This document shows, in pieces, positions 1 through 13,500 of a DNA stretch of 64,000 nucleotides. The stretch is from Raillietiella orientalis (lineage: Eukaryota). Where the stretch lies: positions 1,612,001 to 1,676,000 of the forward strand of contig JAYWIR010000036.1 in NCBI GenBank assembly GCA_036172245.1, in the 5' to 3' direction. The notes below the pieces were generated by a model that saw nothing but the letters and a program-made list of their open reading frames with translations, had not been told where the DNA came from and made no database searches. The number at the start of each line of letters is the position of its first letter. Position 1 is the stretch's first letter. A program made the position numbers and the translations under genes.

Positions 1-1429
1 ATCCGGCAAGCGACCGAGCTACAGAGTGGACTTCTCAACCCGAACCCACCACCACACATACGTACGCTTTCAACCACCCGGAGACTCATGAAGCGCACCC
101 CTCCGGAGCGTTTGAATCGAGGAGGTGCACACGAGGTCTCTCTCGCGATTTACCCGACAGCATAATTGTCTTTCTATCGAATGTCCCAAGCGCCAAGCGG
201 ATTCAATTGAAAAGATGTCGGAGCCTCATTCGCCGCAGGGGAGTGGGAGACTGCTTGCTGGATGAGCTCGTTATTCTACCACGAAACATGCGTTCGTATC
301 TTACCACAACCACCACGATCAATTTGAAATTTCCCATAAAGATGGAGTTCGCGAGAGTTTTTGGATTTCTCCCTCCGACTTAATTTCGCTTGCAGTTTCT
401 TTCAATTGGCGCACAAATTTGAAAAGTGCCTCGGAGACTATTGACCGACCGAACGTCAGGATTAGTCTGTTTGCAAACCTTGTAGGAAAATTTCCCAGCG
501 CATGCAATAACTTGGCTTCTTATACGTTACAGAGGTAATCTTCTCTAATGAATGCACTGTCAATCAAACCACTTTGATTTGCGTCACCTTGGGCACGAAC
601 GTACCACTACCGCGATGCTGAAATCACTTGAATGGATCGTTTGCGGAAAATAAGTTTTCCCTGGATTTTTAAACGATCGAGTCAGGTACGCTCAAATATG
701 ACCAATACACTCAAAAAAGGAAAAAAGAAAAATTGCGAACGCCCTCACTTGTTTTCGCTCCGGAGATTTTTTTTTTTTTTCTTACATTCAATCTGCCCGC
801 AATGCACTGTGCTGAATGAAATGATAATTTGAAACACGGTGATGCGCGACTGCTCACTCATCCAAATTAATAACAAAATCTGCATGTGGGTATTTCTTAA
901 GAGTTGACGGGTATTAAGGGGGAGCACTACCTTTGGTGGGGATGTTATGCCTTCTTATTGTCTATCTTTTGCGATCGTCACCGTTTTCCATGAAGAAAAT
1001 ATAAAACAGCCTTTTGTTTTGGATCTTAACATCTTTCGTTAACTTGGCTGTCTCCGAACAGTCTGTAGCGAGACGTGCCAAATAACATGACAGTGCATTC
1101 CTGTACCCGCGAGAATGCGAATCTTCCGCATCACCGTTCATCAGATAGTTCTGTTCGTCCGGTATTGCAACGCATCTACTCGTAATAACACGATCTTTAT
1201 CGAAAAGCCATCTCTCGGGTTCTCGGACGCATTGTCTTTAGGACATTACGAGTTGATTTAATTTATATACGGTGTAAGACCTTCCTGCAATCTGTATGAC
1301 TTATAATGGTTAAACAAATGAATAAAGACATTATCGAGCATCATCATCAGATGAATAGGACAGCTGAAGAACAGAAAACCGAGTAAAGCGGATAAAAATG
1401 CTGGTTAGAGTCTGTTACTACGAACTCAC

Positions 1430-1576
1430 CTCTTGTAATACTGGCAAGACAGGCACTTCTTTACGCTGGAGGTAGTAAATGATCAGCATGATGTAAGCAT
1501 ATGATGACAAACTACCACGAGACGCGTCTCCAATCTTACAGAACTTTGCCCAGTATTTCATGACGTATCCTAGGAT
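1430..1576 (-). CDS. TUT4/7: TUT4/7-like exon 13
   Basis: ILGYVMKYWAKFCKIGDASRGSLSSYAYIMLIIYYLQRKEVPVLPVLQE; acceptor ttgtag, donor GAG|gtgagt. Missed by the ORF track. Confidence 0.95.
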
Positions 1577-4500
1577 CTACAAAACACAACGGGCATGAGA
1601 CTGAAACTGGCAATCAACTGAGTCAAGCCAACAAGAGCGAATTGATCCCTTCCATTTTTCTTTAAGAGCAAATCACTATCATTCCTTTATGTGCTTTTAT
1701 CTGTATTACCTGCACGCGTTCGTCGATGTCACAGTACAGCCTCAGCATTTGCGTATTTCGTAATCCTAGAGTATTGTACAGGCTGATGTCTCCTTCCAAG
1801 CGAGTGGACTTGTGCATAAACTTCACGATGGGAACTTTCGCTGAAGTGATTGGTATGATGTTGCAAACGAGCTCACATTTCCTCAGCTGCTCGGACATCG
1901 CTTCTATGATTGCAACCTGATCCAATCCCTGAAAAATGATGGCTCGTTATAGTTAGTGATTGCTTTACTTGAGAATCAGTTTAATGATGCTCCTCGAATT
2001 ACAAGTTTTGCACCGACGTTCCATCCCCAGAAACAAATGCTCTTTGTCCTATGATGTTTCGCAAACATCGGTATTACGGGAGCTCTACAGCTCTCGGACC
2101 TTTCGCCTCTTTGTTTCGTCTGTCATTTAATAACTTTCCAATACCCACCCTGTTTCTGAACGGCACCTATCACCACCCTTACCATCGTAGTCACGACCAC
2201 TGCCATCTACCGTCTGAGTTTAGTGCTGACGTGCATCCCCACGTTGTCTCAATTTTCAAAGGCATCCACTGACGATGCGATCCTCGAGCATTGAAACAGT
2301 CGGTAGCATCAGCGTTCACGAACAGACGACCTGTTCTTCAGAAAGTGGGAAATCCCTCTTTCACCATGAATACGGTTAGCTAAATGGTAGTTGCGGGCAA
2401 GTTCTGAAGTACTTTACAAAGTCGACCGACAATGCTCGACCAGAATTCACTCAAGAGAGTCCATTGGCTTCTTCGAAGGCATAACGGAGATCGAAGACGA
2501 ATGGCTGGAGGAAGCAATAAAACAGTGAAACTGGAGCGAGATCGTTTTCCGGATCAAGCCAATTGGTGCGATCGCCTCGAGTTTCTGGAGTGCTGTGTCC
2601 GTCCAGAGTGCTGGCATCCGTGCCATCGTCGCACAAAACTTCATCCTCCTCCAATGGACATTGATGGCTGGGGCCCATCTCCGACTGCCAAGAGCGCGGT
2701 TTCCATCTCATTTTCCCACGCGTTACTCCAATCCGCCTTTTCCGATGTCCGGCTGTCCATATCTCTTCTCAGAATGCGCCGTCTCCTTCTGGGCAAGCTC
2801 GGTTTCGGCCACACATCCCGAAGAGTTACAGGGGGAACCAAAGGGGCGAGGCGTGGGTGTTTTTCGGCACACTCTCCTGCGACAGGCGGCGTGACACGGA
2901 TACGTCAACAGGCAACTGGAGCTCCGTTCCAAGGAACTTACAGAAAACAGTAATCCGTAGAACCTCCACACAGAAATTCCGCCACATGCTTGTACGGACG
3001 GAGAGGTGGACGTCCTTTGCGTGTGAGCGTTCGCTACAAACACGAATCTCGATCGGTTGGAGACACTCATGGCCACGACACAAAAAAAAATATGGCGATT
3101 CCTCTCTCCCTCCGTGATGAAATGAAATGGGCTACAACTAACACGACCTGATGTTCTCGGTAGGCTCACTAAACGCCAGGAAACCGCAGGACAAACGCGT
3201 AGTGTTTTCTGGAGAGACATCGCCAACGGCAGCCCGGCTTCATGGCATCTACATTATTGATCTACATGTTTGCTCGGCATACGTTACGGAAACATTTTTC
3301 TCGAACAAATGTTTCCGTACAGTAACGTTTCTACAGTGTCCTGGAATGAGGCAATAAGCCTACGTTGTGGCCTCTGGAGCCTCGGAGCATGGTCATCACA
3401 TAAATCCACTTATCATACAGTCCACATCATGTTCCTCTCTGATCATAAGGCAACCAAGGTTTCTCTTCTTCTTGATCTTCTACTTCAAATTGGAGCTAAT
3501 ATGAATGAAACTACTACAGTGGATTGTATGTACTTTACGTACTTGATTGGATAGTATGGCCCGCAGACTAGCTTAAGCAAAGAGATGATTTGAAATGGAA
3601 GAGCATCTGAGAAAGTACAGTGAATGGAATCGACACGAATCGAGAAAGCGGCATGGGGGCGTAGACCAACTCTTAGATGAACAGGTTTGGAGAGTTGGAG
3701 ACGTACGCAACGGAAGGGTGTGTCTGTGTGCATGTGGACATCTGCTGTTTCGATGTGCGGCAAAGACACAGAAAAGTCTCAAAGTCTCGAAAACGGAAGG
3801 CAGGTTAGCTGTCCCAAAGCACCGCCTGGGAAGCAGACCGGAAAAACGACCTAAGACCACTCAAGGAGGTGAACTGCCCCTTGCGATGACCTGAAACCTG
3901 CGTTTACGCTAGAACTTGGTCGGCCGCTCACTCGGTTTTCAGGACATCATTCACCTAAAAAGTACGATTCCTGTTCTTCTACAGCGGAGTCGCAGCGAGT
4001 GAGTGATAACGGCATGCCTCAAATGATCGGATAATTTACTGTGAGAAATAACCAAAAGCAGCTAGTCAACACTAGTCGTTTCCTGCCGAAGACACAAACA
4101 AAGTTTAGAAGGAAAAAAAGAGAGAGAGAGAGAAAATGGAGCTGATCAGCACGCAACCACCGGAAATGTTTAGCAATAGGTTCCTCAATTCCAATACAGA
4201 ATGATCAAGGCCAATCATTCAGGGGCAGCAGCAGGATGAAGCATGGCCAAAAACAGAATTGCTTATGAACTCAGCATGAGGAAACCTGCGCCTTATACTA
4301 ATGAGTTTTGCTGCTCGGCATTATTGCTTCGAGAGCACGAAGTCGGAAGGAGTAGAAGACGGTCCACTGAAGAGAACACCGAGGTTTAGAAGGTTACCCA
4401 GACACTCACGAGACCATGACATTCATTGCGATTCTAACAGCAGAAAGATTCGTGAGGAATGCTCTCAAGGCCTTCGAGGTTTCCAATGGAAAGCTTGAAA

Positions 4501-7500
4501 AAGAGTGGTCGGGAATTCGAACGAAGTACTTCTGAGTACATAGACGAAAGTGACCGACTGTCAAAAACGTGATTTTACCAGCAAACTACCGGTGGGAAAC
4601 AAAGCCTCAATGAAGACTCTTCCTGAGCTTACCGAAACAGGAGTACAAAGCGAAAGCTCCTTGCAGTTTGAAAGCATGCTCGCCATGCTTCAAGATATAG
4701 ACAAACACACTTGTCCGTATATTGCAAAGACTGAAAAAGCATCAGCTTGCAAGAAGAAATGCAGACAAACGGTATAAGGACAGCATTTGTGCAGATCAAA
4801 AACCTCTTAATAATTCGCTGCACCGAAAGAGGTGTGCCCTGCGGAATATCAACGCTGCATTCTCTCCGGAGAATTCAATATGCGCATCCTCGGCAAATAA
4901 ATTGGAATACCATCAGAGGTTCTCAAGCATATGCGAGCTTTCGGTGTTGCGGCTTGCACGATCGTATTGGAATACCAACGCCGGAAGTTTGGCTGAGACT
5001 CGATAAAGGGGCAATAAGATGTTGGTTCGGTTTCAAAATTTCACTAAAACTGTCAAAATATAAATGTGAAAGTCATGCAAGCAACTCGGTGGCAATCATC
5101 TGGTCGCGAAGAACAACGAGAAGAAGCTCAAGGAATTTGTAAGCACCTAACAACGTTTCTGGCATCCAAACTTTTTGAGAATGGCACCGAAGTCCCGATT
5201 TTGCAGGTCCCACCACGACTGCAAACGAAATTCTGAGATACACATGAGACACACAAATGCATGGAAGTCCCCGCTCATGACCAACAGTTTATCCAAAACC
5301 GAAGTTGGGGGGGGGGGGGGGAAGGAAACTGATGCTTGCATTCCGACAGAAAACGCCCTTCAGAAGCTATTCCTGAAGAACAGCTGAAGAAAAAGAGTTG
5401 AGATCTTCCTTACAAAGAAAAAAAAAGTGAAAATCACCAGTAGGATGGTTTCGACCATCTTTTCTCTTATTCATCTGAACTCAGCTCATCCATTATCCTT
5501 ATTTTACATTGCTTTACATATGGACGGAAATGGGAGAGGTGTGTTGAGCACGAAGCGCAATCCCAACATGTCACACAATTTTCTCTCTACACCTTCCTTC
5601 TAACTCTAAAATTTAGCCTTATTATGCAAATAGGTCACTGCATACGAAAGTGGATCTCCAGACTCATGTAATTTGGGCAAGAAAACTCTCACGCGCAATG
5701 CACAAGGCGCAGACACACTACCTGTCTCCCTCACAAACACTCGACAGCAGCCACGGACAACTCACGAGTTTAACACGGAACACTCACGGCATCACCTACA
5801 GCAAATGGCGAGTCATGAAATGCGGCAGCGCAAATGCACGAAGACTGACAGTGCAGGAAATGCGAAAGAAGAAAATTATCTAGACATCAGAAACACATCC
5901 AAGATGCATCGGGAACGGGAAGCCAAAAAAATACGTAGAACAGAGGATGTCGCCAAGCGATTAATATCCAAGGAATAGAACTACGCCTAACATAATGATC
6001 TTACTATATCAGATGCATCCATTTTCTTACCACTAGAACTTCAAAAGAAGACGGTTACGAAGTGCATCTACGCTATCGCACTTCGAAGACACGCACGAGA
6101 GATGCAGCACGAACACTCTTTGGTACTGAAGCTGACTGGGAACCGTGATCACTAAGGGACATTTAAATATCTGTAAAGTCGACGTCCATTCACGGAGGAT
6201 TCGAACTTTGAGAAGGCCATCATGCAGGTTTTAAACTCGTTATGGCGCGACTTTGTAAGGAAAGAAGGAAACTGCTTGTGGTTGCAGAAACTTTCCGTTT
6301 AGTAAGTCCAGAACACTTCACGTGTTTCTGTCCAGAGCATAAAAAACACTCAGCTTGTTGCATCGAAACACTCGCGCAAAAAACAATGCAAAATTTTAGC
6401 AGTGAATTTCCCATTCCAATATTTGTATCCCAAACTCTTCGTGGAAACTCGTTCTTCTGATCGATTCCACAAGTGGTGACAATTTCCCGAATAATTCGAA
6501 AAAAGGAAACGAAGGGATTACTTATGCTGAAGAAACACAGCAACCGCACCAAAAAACAAAGGAGGGGGGGGGGGGGTGAAGAATGCAAAGCAATCTTATT
6601 TGAGGCCATTAGATTCGCTTTTACGTAAAATCAAGTCTAATGCAGTTCTTACTTCTCCAGTTTCGTTATCCACAAACGTCATACAAATATCTACGTCAGA
6701 CCTGGGGAAAGCAAAACCGCTGCACGTCGATCCAAAGAACTGAAGATGTGCTTTGGAGTAAAAACGTTTAAGGTAACTGCCCACTTCATCCAGAACTAGC
6801 TGTCTGTCTTGTGTATCTTGATACAAAGGTTGCCATGTAGCTGAAGCACATGAAGATGCCACATTAATATTCCGTATTCAAAATAACTTCTTTCATTTCA
6901 AGAATAATTAGCGAATTATTACGGGCACAAACGCAGCAATTTTCGAGTTAGATGAAAAAGATCAAAATTTCGCAGTTGCCAAACCACCAACCTTACAGGG
7001 AAGCAGGAAGTCTCGACCTTACATTTAAGAATACATCGAAAGCCCAAGCTACAACGGTTTTGGAGAAATCTGGCAGCCTGTTTAAATTTCTTCAAAGAAT
7101 TTATTCTGTGGCACCTAGTGCAAACAGAGAGACACAACTGCACATGCCAAATAGTCCTGCCTTCCTCGCTGCAACGACCACCCATGGCAAAACACGTCAA
7201 TCTGAATAGAGGGAATATACAACGCTGGATATTTTTGCAGGCGCCGGGGGTTTCAGGAAGACATGCACAATCCTCTGAAGAACCGCCGGTGCAAAGATTT
7301 CGGGAATCTCCAGAGCGCCTGCTCCGCTACGCCGTGGGATGCACACTTTCAACCTGGTCTGAAAATCCCAATCAAAACAGAAAACCACAGTCGGCAAAGA
7401 AAAAAAAAAAAAAAAAAGGAACAAACGAAACAACAACAAAAGGGTTTGCTTTGTCTTCCAGTTGTGAAAAACCGGGTTCCGGTGAATCGCCAAGACTGCT

Positions 7501-10500
7501 ACACTGAGATGGAGGGTCTGAACGACCTGATACGGAAGTAAATCTCCCATTCAAAGACAATACTGAACGAAAACCATATATTCACAACCGCTGCCTCTAA
7601 ATTTAACACCTTCGTATTCTATGACCACAGCTTTCATAACAAAAACACACATCATTATTTATGAGATAACATCGCCATATCATACACGTTAAAGAAGCAC
7701 TTACTACTTGAATACACCAGAAATATGCCACTAAACGAAGCGTATCGTTACTACAGCATCGAAGTGAACGAACGTGCAACGAAGAGACCAATTATTCGCT
7801 GAGCAATGCGGATCCCAGATATAAAGAATGCCTCTTTAAAATGGTTCCTATTGATTAGGTCTTTGTCGCAAAAAAGATTCCTCACAACACAACAAATTTG
7901 ATTCTCACATATAAGGGTGGACTCTGCAGCTGAGTCTTGGTCGAAAGTTTTTGGATACCATGGTTGCTACTCTTTAAACTCAAGTGTTCTCAAATTGACA
8001 GCATCCAAGACCCCCACGCAAATTCGGAAGAGTGTTCTCTTGTGCTCTTTTTCTGGAACGATTGCTAATAAAAAAGACCATGTAATGATCTGCTCATAGG
8101 CTACCATTCAGATTTCTGAAATGTTCTTGTGATTTAGTAGAAAGCCCTCGGCCACCTTCCAGGCGAATTCAGTGGGTGGAGCACGCATCACAGGTTCATT
8201 TGTTTCCTTACCGTGAAAACTTCAAGATGGTCACGAAATTCCTTTTTCGATAGTGCAAACTACACGCATGGGAACGCGGCGTACGATCACTCTGCTCTTG
8301 GAACTAAGCTGCAGACTACATCACTACTCGACAATCGTGCCGTCAAGATCTGCGATGTTCACTGTCCAATCAAGCAGCATTCGAAGGTCAAGAAAGCAAA
8401 GTAAGATTGGCTGCAGCTTCATATTACCACAGATTGCACAGCTTTCACACAAACCACACGACACTCAAGCAACCTTACCAACGTGGAGCAAACAAGGAAG
8501 AAAACGAGCAAGCTCACTAGCTCTCGATGAATGTCTCATCACGGATTACCGTATCCAACGATGAGATGCTGGAGACAATCAATGCGTACGTCTTCGAAAG
8601 ATCATATGTTTCTAATTAAACAGCGAAATGTACGACAGGGAGAAAGAGAATGAGTTGCAATTCTGTAAGTGCAGTATGGTGGCTTTGGTTGCGTGCCCTA
8701 TGCGTATAATGGGCTTCAAGATTTGCAAACCTCTGCAGGCAAAAATCCCGAGTATCTGACCCGACTCCGAACACCGACAAATTTTGCAAACAGTGTTCAT
8801 ACTGCCACAACTGCAAGAACCTTGTGGCCTGAAAATGGAATTGCGGGGCTTCATCAACCCCCCTATTGCCTGACACGAACCAACACGTTTGTTTCTGTTG
8901 CTAAGCTGAAACCGCAATCGAAAGAATTGAAACGATCGTTGACATTCGGAAGAATCTAATGGCAGGATGAAACGCCATTACCGGGCGAGTTTTCATAGTG
9001 TTTTCAAAGTGTATAAGAGGGTGTACTCGGTCCTACGGCGGGGCAGGGCAAAGTGACTAATAAATACATTGTTTATGCATCGTCAGTCTTATTTTGTTTT
9101 CTCAGGGCGCTGTTCAGACAAAGCGAAAAAGAACTTCGAGACAACTATAAAAGAACTGTCAATCAGCTTTTTTAAAATCACAGCAGGCATTGATTTTCTG
9201 ATGCCAACCATTGGAAATTATGGTCATTAATTAGTGGTATCAAGTGAAAAACGCTAATAGGAATCAATCGACTCACTCACTCACATAGAACCATGTGTAA
9301 CTTAGACCCTACTATTAATCAGAGGCGATTGTCCAATTCCATCCTATTCCTTCCTTCCTATGCTTTTCGACTGCATAGTGAAGGATAAACAGAAATGTAA
9401 AGGAACAAATAGCACTACTTTCACTTTCGATTCCACAGCTGCGTTATTCCTAAACAATATTATTGAATAAAATAAAATACGTACTTTACAAGAGGTTCAC
9501 TTTTAGAATTAGAGCAACAAATACTTGCTTGAGCTTTCGACTGGGGAGATTTCAACTCTTAACATCTTTTATAAACAATAATAAGTACAGCAAGCATCAT
9601 CTTATACATTTTTAAGATATGGATATAGATCTAAACTCAAAACCTTTGCTCATACCAAAAATTTCATTGCAGACTTTTGTGAGGAGGATTTTCGATTTTT
9701 TGGAAAGGATGGGCAGAGTCTCCAATTTTGGAAGTTGATACTGAGGACAATGGTTTTTCAGATGCCCCATGCCTCGGCAAAAGGAACACAAACGAGGCAG
9801 CTCGATGTCACAAGTAAAATCTTCCTTTCGATAGATGAAACTGAACAACGTATCTATGCTGCATGGGTCCATCTGTAAGACTTGCGAGAAGATTTCTGCA
9901 ACAAGAGAAAGATATCTTGTACATACCTGCATTGCTCGCATCCTCCTTCGTATCCAACAGACGATACAACTCTGGAAACACTGAGGAAATTGCATAGTTG
10001 CACACGAAATCGGCTACTCTGTTTTTCAACACATTTTCATCAGAAAAGTACAAAAGGCTTGCGTGGAAACACAGCATCAGATATTCAAACTGCGTTGAGC
10101 AAAAAAGTTTATTTGCAGCATTGTAATCAATCATGTAAGGATCTGAAGGAAACACAAGAAATGAGTCTGCTTGTACAAACATAACACTCAAATAATTAAA
10201 CAGGCGCCATTTAGAGACTTTCACAAATCACTATGTATTCGAACAGTGTTTGCAAAGCACCAGTAACATAGGACTTTATGTATAGATGGAAGGGAAATCA
10301 GTTATGACACAAATGATAGGAGTAACAGGAATAATTCTTTGGATCTGCCAATCAACACGACATGGTTGGATTGGAACAGGATGGAAAAAAAAAATCACCT
10401 TTCGTGAAAGAACCTTCCAAAATGATTTGTTTAACCCATCCCTGGAGGTCCTTTTCGCAGGTACTACCATAAAAGAATGCAAGAAGCAAGTGACCTGACC

Positions 10501-13500
10501 CAACAAGACCCAATTGAACAGATCCAAATCAACAGGGAAGGCACATGGAGTACGAGCCTGCTGAACTGCATTCGATTCTTTACTGGGCACTTCACTCACC
10601 AGAGAGTTCAATCAAGATTTCAGTTCCATAAATTTCGCCCGAGTCTTTCTTCGCTCACATGCGCACACACAAATCTTTGCGCAAAAAGCAGATTTATGAA
10701 CCAGAGGCTCAAAAAATAAAAGCTAGGAAGCCGAAGTGCTGTGCAAAAATAAACAAACACCTGACACAAGTATTAAAGTTTTCAACGCTATTAGCTGAAG
10801 ACACGTAATGTTTGTTTTGATGGTTTTTGGAAACCTGCATCTTCGTAGAGGAATAACCCGACCCTGAAGAAAATCCGAATATTCCATGATGCATTATGTG
10901 CTGTGGATCGATGCTCTCATTTCCTCTCTTCTTCTTTTCTGCATTTATTTCTTTAAAATCTAAAATGGTATTTCTCTTACGTGACGAAAAACGAAAGTAT
11001 TTACTATATGCGACACACCAAAAAATCTGATATCTTCTATGATTTAGGGCATCGTACTATAAACCTGAGGATACTCATCTATTGTAAACAATTTGAAAGA
11101 GAATACAAAAATAAGCACATAACACCAATGATAAGAACTATGTGCACGGTGCTACACTTTAGCACTCCGTATCTAATCGTATCTATCTATCTTATCCACC
11201 CCTTTCTTTCAACCTTTTTGTTTCAAAGATCCTATTCAAAAAATTTCATTGGCCTCCACAAGTCCATATATGGTTTTTCAATTCGCAATGGCCACATATC
11301 TGAAGACTCGGACTAGAAGCCAGCTCGCAAACTGTTCTCGTTGTACGTGATTCCGTCTGGATGCAGGCACAGATGCGACTAAGTAGGAACGTTCGTCTGC
11401 TGTAATGTGTCAATTTAAAAACGGACAAATTTTCCGAGCTTTCTTCTTTAATGCAAACGATCACGCTCAAGCAGAAGGATCCTGAACATCCGACGGGATT
11501 CTCACTCGGATCTGCTTCTCTGTGCAACCCGTTTCCGTGGATCAGACACGACCAAATACAACAACGGTCTCCCGACAAGCATGTGGCATACGAATACTCT
11601 GGTTGCTACAGTTAGGTGCAAGAGAAGTTCGCTATTAATAGGGTGTCAAATGCAATCGGAAGGCTGATGGAAAACATTAATGATTAAACACGTGAACGTG
11701 CACCATAGGGGTAACCACCCCGTTTTCTGATGAGATGCCGTTTGTTACTCTCATCGAACAACGCAGAACAATATGCGGGGTTCCCCTATGAATTCTGTAA
11801 AAGACCCTTGCTCAAAAGAATAGAAGGTGAGCACTGTAATGGGCTAAGCGTTAAGCTCAAAATACAACACGGTTCCTATGCAAAGAGAAAACCGTCTCAT
11901 AGATGGACTTTTCAACTGACATTCAAAGTGATATTTCCTTCGAGATATATAAGTGCTGCGCTTACCCCTTCTTGGTTCAGAGCATGCAGCCAAGGATAGA
12001 GATCTCTTTATCTCCACCTCGCGAGCTGCCAGGCTAATCGCTGGAATAATAGTAACCGCAAAAAAATAAAAATAAAAACAAAATAACCTAAACGCTCCAT
12101 CAGCTCAAATGCTGTACGTGCGAGCAATTTCGTTACTGCGTCATAAAATTCCCTGCTTGCCAAACAGAGACAAATCCTAGGCTTGGAAACGCAAGAGTGA
12201 ATTCGTTTACGCTTGTTGCTTCCTCCTTAAGGAGTGAAAACGGAGACACGAGGATTCGAGATGGATCCGGAGAACGTGCTTGGAGAGTTGGACTCCACCA
12301 TTTCACCTGTCACGGACGGCCCATCAAGCTGCCTTCCTTCAACGACCTTGGCATTTGTTTGGCAGCTACGCATTTTCTGCCTGTGATGCAGTTTCAAAGA
12401 ACTCCCAGATGCGAGAGACTCAATCGGTCGATGGCACCTCCTTGGCGTGGCCCCGCTACAGAATATCCTGACCATTTGGCATCGTTTGCCATTACGAGGT
12501 CATTCAAGCTGCTAAATCATGCAGCGAAAGGACATTTCCACCGCTTCCATTTCCGCATTGCACCAGATAAAGGAAAATGCTTTCGGATGTCCTTTTTCAC
12601 CCTAGTTACTGCAAAGGACAGCAGTAACTTCCGAGAGGTCTTGTGAATGAATTCTTCCCGTCGTACTATCAAGCAGGTTTTGGACTCTGTCCTTCACTGT
12701 CGACGAGGTCGGGTTTGAAGCCTGCAGATATCTATCAGAAGTATGCGCTCGTGACACAGCGTCTTTTCTGGTGTAGCATGCGGTTTCTGGATCACTAAAG
12801 CTCCCAACAACATTCAGGAGACTGTGGAAAACACCACCAACAGCAATGTGGATGGCCAATCGCGATCCCTCTGATTAATGTTGCATTTTATCTTGTTATT
12901 CTTGCCATTGCAAAAAGACCCATATATCTGCTGGTGGGTTTCTACGCGCCAAAAGAATAGAATCACACGTGACGATAAGCTCCCACAAGGATCCACACAG
13001 CGTGGTTTCAGGGATATCTTGGGTACGTGTCCGCAACCGAGAACAAGCACCTCAGCTCCAATGCTGAATGCTGGTTGAGGCTTGTACGTGCTCTCGGCTA
13101 GGGCCAACGCATTCAGGTCGTTCCTCTCGAACACGAGTGTCATCTGAGCTACTTTTCGCTTTTCGGCAACGAACCCAAGCATCCCTAACGGATTACGAGC
13201 AAGCATAGCAACCGGAAAAGCCGTACATTAAAACGTGAAAATATTGGGGGGAGGGGGGGGGGGAGAGACGTGAGAAAACGTTGTGAGGGGCACATCAAAA
13301 TATAACAGGAAAAAAGTAACCTCGCACCAGGAGGGAATCAAGGAAGGTTAGCAGAAAGGAGCAAACGGAATGCGCTCCCTGCCGGCAGGAGGCAGCTAGC
13401 ACGCTGTTGCTTCCAATTCATTCCGGAAGCAGCAGTCAAAGAACGGAATCAAACTGAACGCAACGAAATTCGCCGTAAGCACGGTGGCGCTTTGGGAGGG

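Noticed and set aside
40..110. tRNA-like SINE head on the minus strand
   Set aside because: A and B boxes are too degenerate and no second copy is visible in the window.
10709..10894. Minus-strand ORF as an extra TUT exon
   Set aside because: The conserved IE|DP motif joins exon 8 directly to exon 9, leaving no room for it.
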